NCBI RefSeq assembly: GCF_009914755.1
Contig: NC_060940.1
Source: the human T2T-CHM13v2.0 reference genome, Homo sapiens
DNA: 64,000 bases
Strand: one strand, 5' to 3'
Part shown: positions 41,581 through 54,830 of the stretch, in pieces
How the letters are laid out: each line of letters starts with the position of its first letter
How positions within the stretch are numbered: position 1 is the stretch's first letter
Notes under the pieces: generated by a model
What the model was told of the DNA's origin: nothing
Database searches by the model: none
Seen by the model: only the letters and a program-made list of their open reading frames with translations
Position numbers and translations under genes: made by a program

Positions 41581-42559
41581 TAGTCTAAATTGCAATGGGG
41601 CTTGAGAGATCCTCTGTAGCCCAGAGGTGCAAATGGGACCATGAGCCAGACTTGCAATGGCATTTGCTTTTTACATGGAGCCTTTGCATTTTATCTAAAC
41701 ACATTGGCTGCACAGCATTTCACCTCTCACTCTCTGGAGGCTCTGGACCTTCCAAATCCAAAGCCAGCAGCCAGGCTGAAAGAGCTCCCACAGCCTTGCT
41801 CAAGGCAAACAGAAGTTACCTCTCTTTGTGGGGTTCTCATGAAGTCTTGATTGTTACCGTAAAACCAGTTTGCACATTGAAATAAAAAATAATAGTGAAA
41901 TAATGTGGCAGAACATAAAAGCTTGGAAGTTCATGTGGAGGGCTGAATTGCACCATATGGCTTCCAGTTCTGTACCTAGACCCAATAGAGTGCATTAAGA
42001 AAGCCATTTGGCCAGTGTCCTCTTGTGCCCGGTTATAGAGGGGCGTATGGTATATTATCCCATGTCGGAGTAATTATGAGTTTCCTTGTGTTGATCTTTG
42101 TCTCTCTCAAAGTTTTCGTTTTTGGCACAAAGGAAATTTCAGCAGGCATTTCTTGTTACACTTCTGTTCTTTTGCATCTTTCTTTACTACTCACATCTGT
42201 AGAAGCTAAGTTGAAGCTCGTGACACAGTTATTTCTTATGAAAACTACAATTTTAAAAGAGAAAAAAGAAAGAATAGATCTTGGGGATTTAGGAATTCAC
42301 AGTTGTAAAGGAGCTGTTTCGGGTAAGTATTTACTTTTCTTGCCATTGGGGAAGGAATGTGGCAAATGGAAAGAGACCCAGAGGGCATTGAATAGGAAGG
42401 AAATAGTATAATCGCATATGAATGGATGATTATTGTGTGATGGATCCTGACTTAGGAAAGTTGTACAGTTAATCTCATTTCACCTTCACAATGTGTTGAA
42501 TAAGGATGACTTTTTTGTTGTTATTTATCGCCTTCTAGCAGGGTAAGTTATCTGTTGGA

Positions 42560-42850
42560 CCTGCAATTTATTGCCTTTTTCTCCCACTTGTATGTAAACC
42601 CCACAAGAGAAGGTAATTTTTTTCGGAGTTTTCATTTAATAAAGTATCTCATGACCTAGGACAGAGTCATACAATATAATAGAAGCTCAATGAATGCTGG
42701 TTGAATGAATAAATTATATCTACTAAATGAAGAAATTGAAGATGAGGAAAATTAGGTAATTGCATCCAGGTCACAGAGTAAGTTTTTCATAAAATTAGAA
42801 TTTTAACTTTTACGTGTGACTGCCAAGACATACCCTTCATTCTGACATCT
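42560..42850. mobile_element. L2 3' end followed by MIR fragment
   Basis: tgtaaaccccacaagagaagg...agctcaatgaatgctggttgaatgaataaa; aaatgaagaaattgaag...aggtaattgcatccaggtcacag. Confidence 0.55.
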
Positions 42851-43069
42851 ATTGTACGTCCTGAATGAACAATATTAGTGTTTACTCCCAGGCAGATCAC
42901 TTACTAGCTCTTTGATCTAGGAGTTGATAATTATTTTTGAATCTGCAAAATAGATGGACATAATTAAGATATAGTTAAATAGATTTAGATTAGGTTCTGA
43001 CATGGACATAAATATACATACACACTAGTATATATTATCTCACTCATCTGTAAAAGCTCCAAAGTGTAA

Positions 43070-43358
43070 GTAGTTTAGTCATATACAATATGTACAGTAG
43101 TTTAGACATATACAATGCAATATACATATGTATTGTTATAACTATACCTAGTTATTTCATATGTTTAGACATGTACAATACATATTTCAATATTTCAATA
43201 GTTTAGACATGTGCAATGCATATACATACGTGTTGTTATAACTAGGCATCGTTATAACAATAACTAGGTATGATTATAACAATACATATGTAAGATAATG
43301 GATATAACTATCAATGGGCTAATTGTCATACAATTATGAAATCTATAGAGCCCATTGA
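43070..43358. repeat. Complex AT-rich direct/inverted repeat mosaic
   Basis: Four gtttagacat-type units, a 46-bp direct repeat, 34-bp inverted arms (43123-43156 / 43259-43292) and 10-bp inverted arms (43311-43320 / 43349-43358). Confidence 0.85.
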
Positions 43359-43384
43359 ATGTGAGACTGACCTTTCATCAAACC

Positions 43385-43590
43385 TCCAGTCTGTCTAGAC
43401 TCAAATCCCTGGCTCTGAAACATATTAAATTTGTGACCTTGAACGTACTGTGTAATCTCTTTGAGTCTTAGCTCTTCCTATATTAAATATGGATCATGGA
43501 GTCTCCTTCATAGGATATGTTAATCAATAAAAAAGTAGGTAAATTGCTCAGTAAAGTGCCTAAAAGACAGTAATTACTCAATTATATTTA
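43385..43590 (+). mobile_element. MIR
   Basis: tcaaatccctggctctg...tgtgaccttgaac...aatctctttgagtcttagc...cttcatagga...agtgcct. Confidence 0.7.
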
Positions 43591-44679
43591 TTCCTTTTCA
43601 TTTTTATCTTGTTACTCAATTGTTCTGTCTTTTTAAATATAGTCCTTATTTCAAAATCATTAAGACCAACTAAATCCAAATGAAATTTTGTCAAATTCTA
43701 CCTCTATATTTCCATTAACTTATAGATATCCATTTTCATCTCTGGTGGACACATTTCTTCTGGTACCCTATTTTGACCAGTCTGATGATTGTGTATTCTC
43801 CTACTTGATTACAATTTCAGGCAGCCAGCAAGTGTTAAGTAAATTTTCAGTCGCCAAAATAATATCCACTTGTTTCTGCTAAAGCAATATTCAGAAAATA
43901 ATGGTAAACCATGAGAATAGTTGTTAAGCTCTAAATAGCAAGTGCCGAGCCACAGACTGAAATAAAAACTTCAGAGATTATAGTTTATGGACACTCTTCT
44001 TTATGCAGATAGATTCTATATAATTTTTTATTTTAAATTATATAATTTAGTGTGTGTGTATATATAATTTTAGATATTTTAACATAAATTGTAAATTTTT
44101 ATTTGTTTCATGCAATCTAAAGGAAGAAAGGGTAGCTTTGAGGAAACATTATCTCTGAAAGGCATGAAAAAATGCTGAACACGTTGAAATGCAGGCAATG
44201 CTCTGTTAAATGCACTTTTTTCTTCCTTTTTCACCTGTAAAAAAGTAATTTATAATAAAAGCTGTATAAACCTAAATATGTCCCCAAAGTTAAGTTCTTG
44301 GTAGGTCTTAAATGTGCTAAAAATGGCCTCTATGTGACGTTTTTGCCCCACTTGTCAGTTTCTTCTTAATATGGTTTCAGCGGTTTGAGAGTTGGGATAC
44401 TGCTGCTAGGCACTTTTCAGCAAGTTTGAAGATTTAAACTTCTCTGCCCTGCTGTTTTATTTCATCGTCAGGATTTCTAAAAGCATGAGGCAGGTGAGAT
44501 GTGCTTTGACCATTCAAATCTGCTGACACCCTTAAGAGGCTCATGCCCCTCAAAATACTGTGTATTATTATGAAAATAAGATGATTATTAAACAACCACA
44601 TATATTAATATTTATCAAGCAATTAAATAGAGTTTTGAATATGATAAATGCTAATATCCTACAATTTGAAGTGTAGTTT

Positions 44680-44930
44680 ATGAGACCTTGTGATCCATTA
44701 ACCACCAGAACCCTTTATAACTGTGGGAAGAGAACCAAATGCTGGATTCTCCATGGATGAAATTTTGGCAATTAGTTATATCTGCAAATGCGTAATTGCA
44801 GGTGCAACCCAGCTGGTTAGCCAACAATTTAATATTTGATGCATAGCACCCTAAGTACCTAAGCAATTAGAGACCTGATACAACAATTAATTAGGGCCCC
44901 AGATTAAGTCAGGCAAGAAGTGTTGTTACA
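44680..44930. promoter_or_regulatory. Candidate homeodomain-bound enhancer
   Basis: Repeat-free; CAATTA/TAATTG at 44769, 44793, 44864, 44884 (inference only). Confidence 0.4.
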
Positions 44931-45962
44931 TGCAAAAATTCAAAGCGTAAATGCCACTGAAGAAAATTTAAAAGAAACCCCAAGAGAAAGCATTTCTAAA
45001 TTAATATATAGAGGACTTTGCAAACTGGTGACCTATTTTGCTAACTTAATCCATTGGGTGAATGTGTATATTGAAAAAAAAATACGTTTTCTTATTTAAA
45101 ACCAGCAAAATACATAGAAATTCTCCATCATCAGAAGGAATGTCAGACTTAGTCCTAACAATCTTTTGTCAAATACGAATTAAGGAGTTCTTCAGCTCCT
45201 CACACCTACCCCATCTGACAGCTCTAAACTTTAATGATCTTTGGATGGCATTAACAAACATTATTCTCTACATTTCTAAACAGAAATGGTTACGAATACA
45301 CTGTGAGTTTAGAGAAATATTTACTCTTTCCTCAGGTTGTCTTCCAAACCAAGTCTGCTTTACAAGATGGCCAAAACATGTTCTTTCCTCGGCTTTCTGA
45401 CCACTAACTCCTTATATTTCTGCCCACTTTAACACCAGATCTCTTTCCTTCTTCTACCACCAAGAAAGGTGTCCAGTTGCATTTACATGTGTTGCCTGCT
45501 GTATTCTGGCTAATGCAGCATAAAAACAACAGAGCTCTGTCTTGCACACGCTGTTTGCCTCCTATAGCATAACTGTGTTGCATTGTAAAGCTAAAATATA
45601 TCTTTATTGCCTGGAGTGAGCATGGCGAGGGCAAGGTGACAGAGAAAAGAACAATGAGCAGGACTTTATGAAACATGCATGTGTAATCATGGTGCATCTT
45701 TAGAAATAACCTTTACAATCAAACTAAAAAAACAATTGTCATAGTTGTACTGTATAGTTCAGTCCATACGCTGAGGGATGATTAGGGAAGAAATCACTAA
45801 AATCATCGGGTCTGAAATCAAAGATTTCTTTTGAACTCCAAAGATTTAGCAAAGATCTAGAATAAAAGTGGACGAGAATCAACAAAAAAACAGAGTGGCA
45901 GTGGGCATAATTATGGAATCACAGGATAATAAATTGTTTTGGTTACCTCCTCTTTACCCCAG

Positions 45963-46478
45963 TGTCGAGGAAGAATTTCCCACCCTAGGCTTAAGGCGAT
46001 GGTTGAACATACAGCAGCTGGAACCGGACAGATGAGAACAGGAGCAGTTTATAGTCTCACATAAAGTGCTCTCTGTTTATGAGAAACTCACATAGACTCA
46101 CAGCCCAGGGAAGGAGCACCCTGCACCACATAGGGCTAAACGGTGGTTCCATTCAAGAACAGAGTGAACTACCCGGACTCTGGGAGGCAAACACTGTAGT
46201 TACAAGGAGGTAAGGTGCATCCCAGTTTTCAAGAAAGAATGTAATTGTCTTGCTTGAATAATTTCACAGGCTGGCAGAAAACTGAAGCTTCTCCTCAGGG
46301 ATAAATGAGCACATTCCTAGTCCTCAGCATCGGGGGATGGTTGTTTGGCTAGGTGACCTTATGCACAAAAGCACAGTGGGTGAAGGTCTTTCACATAGGC
46401 CCTTTGAGGCTGTCCCCATTTCATCAGCTATCAAAACAGCACACTATATTGGGTTTTAATTTCAGAATTTACACCAGA
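45963..46478 (-). mobile_element. MER74A-like ERVL solo LTR
   Basis: ggacagatgagaacaggagcagttta...actcacagcccagggaagg...ttgaataatttcacaggctggcag...tattgggttttaatttcagaatttacacca. Confidence 0.75.
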
Positions 46479-46567
46479 CAGGCAAGCAGTGCGTCAGTAC
46501 AAAACAATTGTCAATTCTCTTAATGTAGGGGCTATCAAAATATCTGATAGACTAGTTGGCCAGAGTG

Positions 46568-46609
46568 GGTTTTTTTGTTTTGTTTTGTTTTTGTTTTGTT
46601 TTGTTTTTT
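46568..46609. repeat. (TTTTG)n simple repeat
   Basis: Directly visible. Confidence 0.9.
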
Positions 46610-46844
46610 AACTAAGAGGGCTGCCTCTCAAGACTTGGAACTGTTTTAAAGTAGCAGATATCGGTACTTCCTTCCTGGAAACACTATTGTGCTTACCGCA
46701 TTCCAAAAAGAGCTGAATGAGGTATGGTTAAGGACAAACTGTGAGTCTCTGGGGAGCCTTACTCTGCTTTGGAGGGTTTAATTTAGATTCCTTAGCAGAT
46801 AATAACCTGCTTTTTGGGTTTCTTTTCCTTTATTTTTATGATAG

Positions 46845-47060
46845 CAGTAGAACTTGCGTGAGGCCATTCCACTGACATTAACGTAGCATATCTGTTGACA
46901 CCATAAAGGCTCAGGCACCCGCGTTGACACAGTAATGACTCCTGCGGGGCCATTATTCTCTCTGTGGAAGTATATGAGACATGTGATTGACATTGTAACA
47001 GCTCCAGTAAGTTGCAAAAAACGATGGTAGTAGCTCCTTGGGGGATATTGCTAAGGCACT
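46845..47060. promoter_or_regulatory. Candidate TALE/HOX enhancer
   Basis: TGACA x4, TGATTGACA, CCATAAA and locally retained CpGs (inference only). Confidence 0.45.
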
Positions 47061-47778
47061 GGAAATGCATGTGGGTACCTTTGTGAACACTGCAGCAGAA
47101 CTTTCACTAATACTTTAGATTTGTGCAAAATACATACATTCATACAAAGCATGCAAAATACATACATACATACAAAAATTTTTTAAAAGGGTGTGGCTAT
47201 GACCACACTTTAATAATGATTGAATATATATTTTATCTATTTTTAAATTGTAATAAGACAATGTATATATACATGCCTGTATATATGCATGTCACCAAAA
47301 GTTTCATGTTTCTGAATGGACTATTAAAATCAAATTTACTTATTTTAATTTCTGAAATTTTATAGGGTTTTGGTAGAAATGTGGAAAACCCCAAAAGTTA
47401 CTGTGGCAGGCAGAATTCTATAATGCCCCCCAAGATTCCCACTCCCTGGTGTGCGTACTCTGTGTAACTCTCACTCCCTGAACGCAGACAGGATCTCTGA
47501 ATATGATGAGCTATTACCCCATGGTTAGGTTAACTTATATGCCAAGATGAATGGATTTTGCAGATATAATTAAGATCCGAAATCAATTTATTTTGAGTTT
47601 ATCAGAAGGGTTATTATCCTGCTGGACTTGAATTAATTAAGTGAAAGCCTTTACAAAAAGGACTGGGCCTTTCCTGAAAAGATTCTCCTGATGATTGGGA
47701 AGAAGGGGTCGTATTGTGAGAAACCCTCTGGGAAAGCCAGGTGGTGAGGCATTGAGATTAGTCCTGGATCACAGCTAG

Positions 47779-48094
<316 letters not shown>

Positions 48095-48286
48095 CCAAAG
48101 ACCTACAACGGAATTGAATTCTCCCAATAACACGTGAGCTCGCGAGAGGAACCCAAACTCTATAAAGAAATGCTCCTGGCCTTGAAACCCTGAGCCAAAG
48201 AATGAAGGTAAGCTGTGCCCAGACTCCAGACCTACAGAATCCCAGATAATAAATGAATGTTGTCTTAGTTTGATTAATTTGTACTA

Positions 48287-48920
<634 letters not shown>

Positions 48921-49144
48921 TAATTTGTTATACAGCAATAGAAACTGATATATTTATAAAAAGAGAAAATATTGCCTATAATTCCTTAATATAACTCTTT
49001 AGCATTTTGAGGCATTTCTTTTCAGTCCTTAATTTGATTTTCTTCTAGAAATTTTTAAAAGATGATTGAGGTCACCAAATACATAATTCTGTGTTCTTTA
49101 GAAATTAACACGTGTCTATATATACTACTTCAAAATGATTTTAA

Positions 49145-49771
49145 ATGGTTTATTTTCCTTTTATGGATTTTTGTTCTACTCTTTATTCCCTTTTTTCTTC
49201 TTGCTTTGGGTTTAATTTGCTCTTCATTTTGTAGTTTCAAAGTAGCAGTTTAGATTATTTATTTGAGACTTCATTTCTTTCCTAATATAAGCATTTAATG
49301 TTTTCAAATTTCCTTAAACACTACTTTTGCTACATCCTACAACTTTTGATATATTGTGTTTTCATTTTCTTTAAATTCAAACTATGTTCTAATTTTCTTT
49401 ATGACTTCCTCTTTTTCTCTATTCCGCCATTTAGAATTCTGCTCTTCAATATTCAAACATTTGGCATTTTTTCTGGAAATCTTTCTGTCATTTATTTTTA
49501 AAGTTACTTTTTACAGAACACATCTTGTATGATTACAATTTGATTAAAATTGTTGAGATTTATATGGTCCAGGATATTATCTGCCTTGGTGAAGATTTCA
49601 TATGCACTTAAAAATGATTTCGTTCTTCTGTTATTGGGTGAAGTGCTCTATAAATGTCAATTTGAAAAGGTTTGTTGATAATTGTTCAGGTTTTCTATGT
49701 TCTTACTGATTTTATGTCTACTTGTTCTATAGGTTACTGCGAGAGGGCAGGTAAAATCCCAACTATTATTA
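49145..49771 (-). mobile_element. L1M ORF2 fragment (inverted segment)
   Basis: ttcttcttgctttgggtttaatttgctcttc...ttgttgggtg-like tgttattgggtgaagtgctctataaatgtcaatt...aactattatt. Confidence 0.8.
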
Positions 49772-50500
49772 TAGAGAAAATCAATGAAATCAGTTGGTTC
49801 TTTTTATTTATTTATTTTTGAGACAGAGTCTCACTCTGTCGCCCAGGCCGGACTGCGGTGGCGCGATCTGGGCTCACTGCAAGCTCCGCCTCCCGGGTTC
49901 ACGCCATTCTGCTGCCTCAGCCTCCTGAGTAGCTGGGACCACAGGCGCCTGCCACCTCGCCCGGCTAATTTTTTCTATTTATAGTAGAGATGGGGTTTCA
50001 CCGTTTTAGCCAGGATGGTCTCGATCTCCTGACCTCGTGATCTGCCCGCCTCGGCCTCCCAAAGTACTGGGACTACAGGCCTGAGCCACCGCGCCCGGCC
50101 ATCAGTTGGTTCTTGAGAAAGGTTAATAAAATTGACAAACCTCCAGCCAGTCTAATCAAGAGAAAGACAGAAAGAAAGAGAAAGGTATACAACTCATATT
50201 ACCAACCTCAAGAATGAAAGAGAACAATAATGACGAACTCACAGGCATTAAAAGGATAATAGAGAAATAGACAGAAACACTATGCACAAAATTTGACAAC
50301 ATCCGTGAAATGGAAATATTTATTGAAAATAGGAAGCAACAAATCTCACTGAAAAACTAAATAACATGGAGTGTCACATCTATTAAGAATGCCAAATTTA
50401 TAGTTAAAAACTTTTCAACAATGAAACTTGCAGATTAAGATGGCTTTACTCCCAAATATTACCATACATTTAAAGAACAAATGATACCAATTCTACACAA
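49772..50500 (+). mobile_element. L1M ORF2 fragment (sense segment), interrupted by AluY
   Basis: agagaaaatcaatgaaa...gttggttctt...aataaaattgacaaacct...cattaaaaggataat...catttaaagaacaaatgataccaattctacacaaa. Confidence 0.8.
49801..50100 (-). mobile_element. AluY (Ye-like diagnostics)
   Basis: ccaggccggactgcggtgg, ccacctcgcccggc, ccgttttagcc; 14-bp TSD atcagttggttctt at 49789-49802 and 50101-50114. Confidence 0.95.
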
Positions 50501-50573
50501 AGTAGTCAATGTAGTTCAGAGTGTTCAAACATTTCTAAAATGTGATAAGTACTTGACAGAAAGAAGGAAAACA

Positions 50574-50897
<324 letters not shown>

Positions 50898-51254
50898 TTA
50901 TTTTCCTTAGAATAAAATAATAAATACTATGCATTCATTGTGGAAGACACAGAAAATGTAAAAAACCAGTTATAAAATGATGACCCAGGATAATCAGTGT
51001 CAATAATTTATGTATACATTATTTAGTTTCTTGATTATGAAATTGTATATGGAAGTTGCCAAAACTTTAGGAAATAAAGAAAAAAGTTAATAAAAAGTCA
51101 CCTACTATTCTCTCCAAAGTTACACTTTGTTAGCATGTCAATATTAGCTAAGGAGAAAGAACAATTAGATTGATATGGACTGATAAAGGAAATGAGGTTT
51201 GCCTGACAGATGCAGCTGTGCAGTCAAGAGAAAAAAAGGAAGATGAAATTTAGG

Positions 51255-51523
51255 TTTTTTTTCTTTTTTGAGACAGTCTCGCTCTGTAGCCTGCCCAGGC
51301 TGTTGTGCAGTGGCGCAATCTTGGCTCCTAGGTTCAAGTGATTCTCCTGCCTCAGCCTGCTGAGTAGCTAGGACTACAGGCACACGCCATCATGCCTGGC
51401 TAATGTTTGTACTTTTAGTAGAGACGGGGGTTTCACATGTTGTCCAAGATGGTATCGATCTTCTGACCTCGTGATCCGCCCACCTCGGCCTCCCAAAGTG
51501 CTGGGATTACAGGCGTGAGCCTG
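51255..51523 (-). mobile_element. AluS (Sc-like) with internal and 5' deletions
   Basis: Antisense Alu; TSD ga(t/c)gaaatttag on both sides. Confidence 0.9.
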
Positions 51524-51841
51524 GACGAAATTTAGTTTTCAAATGTGTGTATACATTAGAATTATGTGGTGAGATTAAAAAACAATTTGATGCCTAGGTC
51601 TATCCTCAGATATATTTTTGATTTATTTGGTCTAGAACGCAGCCAGGTTTGTTGATATTTTTGTCCTGTTTGTTTGTTTAAATTAAATGAGCCCTAGATT
51701 CAAAGTTGAATGAGAAATAAGAGAGACAAGTAAAATAGAAGGGTAAGGGATTGGGAGGTTAGCAATACAGATTTGTCCTTGAAATGGAGGTCTCATGAAG
51801 AAGATCTCAATGGGGTTAATGATGGCAGAAGAAACACTAAA

Positions 51842-51980
51842 CAGGGCTTCTCAAACTTAACGTGCATACAGATTATCCGATGATATTGTTACAATGCAGA
51901 TTCTGATTCACAAAGTCTAGGCGGGACCTGATATTCTGCATTTCTACCAGAGTCTTAGGACTACAACTCTAAATAGCGAG
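51842..51980. mobile_element. MER5A1 fragment
   Basis: cagggcttctcaaacttaacgtgcatac...aatgcagattctgattca...attctgcatttcta. Confidence 0.8.
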
Positions 51981-52392
51981 TGAAAACAAACAGGAAAGGC
52001 ATAAGTTATGATCAGAAAGCATAAGGTTTGAATTAGAAGTTTTGAAGTTGAAGATGTTTCAGATAATGGCAGTGTTCAACTGTGACCTTGAATAACATAA
52101 ATCATCAGAACCTAACACATGTTTTGCAATGCTTTTTTTGTTATTTCCAGAAATTTTAAACGAGAAGTTCTCAGTAGTATTACATGGAAGTATTTCCTTC
52201 TATTTAGTATCTGCTTTTATTCTCACAGGCAGCTGAAGGTGGTTTGGGTAAGACAATGTATTTATGATTTTGTAGACCAAAAATACAGTGTGGGAGTTGA
52301 CTGTGGTTTGCATACAAGTTTGTTTATTCTTGCATTTGAACATGGACAATATGAATTTTTGCCTCATAGTGTTCATATGAGAATAAAAAATT

Positions 52393-52793
<401 letters not shown>

Positions 52794-53249
52794 CTAGGAA
52801 AAGAGTGTTTATAATTTTCATGGGAGAGACCCTTGGATGGATGGTCACTGTAGGTCATTTTTTTCCCCAGTAAGGTTGATATGGAGTAGTAGTTTAATAA
52901 AAATACCCCAGCATAGTGATAATTGGCCACAGGGGGAAAAAAGGTAAAGGTAAATCCAGGACTACATATGTCATCGATACAAATATAAAACAGACCAGGA
53001 TGGAGGAATGAGCAAGGTAGGACACAAGATAATAGAAGGGGCTTGCACCTCATCCAGTTGTAATGTTGATTTATATTACCCTGATTCAAGCTATTGCTGA
53101 AGTTCTCAACAACGTAAAGATGTCTAAGATGATGAAATGATACACTTTGTCAGATACTTCTATTTCAGAGATCACAGAAACTAAAACACACACAAAACAC
53201 AGCGAACTTACAAGGCTCTCTTTAAAAGACTAGAGGCTTAATTTAACTT

Positions 53250-53427
53250 AATTAATTTATTTATGTATTTATTTTGAGACAGGGCAGAGTGTCAGTCTGT
53301 TGCCTAGGCTGAATTGCAGTGGTGTGATCACAGCTCATTATAGCCTTGATCTCCCGGGGTCAAGTGATCCTCCTGCCTCAGCCTTCCAAAGTGCTGGAAT
53401 TACAGGTGTGAGCCACTGCATCCAGCC
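53250..53427 (-). mobile_element. Monomer-length AluJ-type element (left-arm 5' end fused to right-arm 3' end)
   Basis: ~165-nt body; 13-bp TSD agaggcttaattt at 53232-53244 and 53429-53441. Confidence 0.85.
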
Positions 53428-53694
53428 CAGAGGCTTAATTTTACAGGATATTTAATTTTTAATGTAAAACTTTTTTCAATGGAAATTCTACTTTCTTTAG
53501 TCTGATTTTAAAACATTCTTATTTAAAATTTAAAGAGATGCCACTGTACAGTTTGCAGAATTTTAAAAATCAAATTTGTTTAAATTACAGAGACTTGCCA
53601 AGTATTAATTTTTCAGCATTATTTTAATTTTTATTCCCTTAAAAATATTAATATAACCATCTCCCTTCTCTATAAACCAATACATATCAACTTT

Positions 53695-54184
53695 TCATAC
53701 GTTTTGTTGAAGTAAAATGTCCAGGAAGTATAGTGTTTATGTCAAAGTGTAGAGCTCAATGGATTTTCACACTGAATACACCATGCATCATGCACCACAG
53801 ATAAAGAAAAAGAATATTAGCAACTTCCCAGAAGACTCCTCATGCTCTTTGGTTATCACTACCTGCTTTAGGGAAATCATATCATGAAATCTAAAAGCAT
53901 GGCATAGATAAGCTTTATCTGTGCTTGTCCTTTATGTTGATGGCATCGCACAGTATTTTCTCTTTTGTATTTGGCTTCTTGCATGCAACATTGTGAGATT
54001 CTACATATTGTGACGTGTAGTTAGAGATCACTGATTCTCATAGCAATATAGTATTCTATTGTTAATACATCACAGATTATTGATGCTCTATTTAATAGGT
54101 GTTTGAGGGTATATTATGAATGTCATTCATAGAGAGTAGATACCGATTTAAGGATATGTTAAGGAGAAACATTTCTGAGTCATA

Positions 54185-54187
<3 letters not shown>
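53695..54187 (-). mobile_element. Old L1ME-type 3' fragment
   Basis: ttgttgaagtaaaat...agctcaatggattttcac...ccagaagactcctcatg...ttttgtatttggcttctt. Confidence 0.7.
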
Positions 54188-54222
<35 letters not shown>

Positions 54223-54290
54223 CAGCTTTGCTCTTTGTGTGTGTATGTGTGTGTGGAGGGGGGGAGTGTGTGTATTCAGCTTTGCCCTTT
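54188..54290. repeat. (TG)n microsatellite with a duplicated flank
   Basis: Pure TG 54188-54219; gtgtgta(c/t)tcagctttgc(t/c)cttt occurs twice. Confidence 0.9.
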
Positions 54291-54336
54291 ATGTTATGCA
54301 GTGTAATGCTTACATGACCTAGGTAAATTTCTACGC

Positions 54337-54830
54337 TGCTGTCAAAGTTTCCCCCTCATCACCATAGTAGCTAAGACTGGTGGGATTCAAGATGGCAGCT
54401 CCCTTGACCTCTGAAGAACCTCTAACTTAATTATAATCTAATTTCCATGGCAAATGACACTCCCAACAGTGCCAGGACAGTTGACAATCACCATATTACC
54501 ATGACAACATCCAGAAGAAACCATTAAAGGACAAAAAGGAAGGTGGCAACTCTGGATCTGAAAAGTCCTCTGCCCATGTCCAGAAAAGATGAATAATCTT
54601 CCCTTTGTTTTAATGCCTCATCCTTTCATTAAAAACTCCCTTTATCTATGATTTTTAAGCTTTCATGAGCTGAGAAGGATATCAGTGAATCAAGCTTCCA
54701 CTTCTCAATCCCATGGCCATCGAATAAAGCCTGCATTACCTGATGCTCACTTTTTGTTTTATGTATTAGTTTCATGGCATCAAACAAGGAAAGACAACCA
54801 TTTTTAGAGGGACTGGATTTGTCAGTAACA
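54337..54830 (+). mobile_element. MER67-like ERV1 solo LTR
   Basis: accatagtagctaagactgg...caagatggc...aatgacactcccaacagtgccaggacagttgac...gaataaagcctgc...cagtaaca. Confidence 0.6.

Noticed and set aside
42025-42411. 128-aa hydrophobic ORF in non-repeat DNA
   Set aside because: GTG start, no promoter or recognisable domain; hydrophobicity is explained by T-rich composition
43070-43300. CRISPR-like repeat-spacer appearance of recurring gtttagacat units
   Set aside because: Irregular spacing, spacers are copies of each other, primate context and no cas genes
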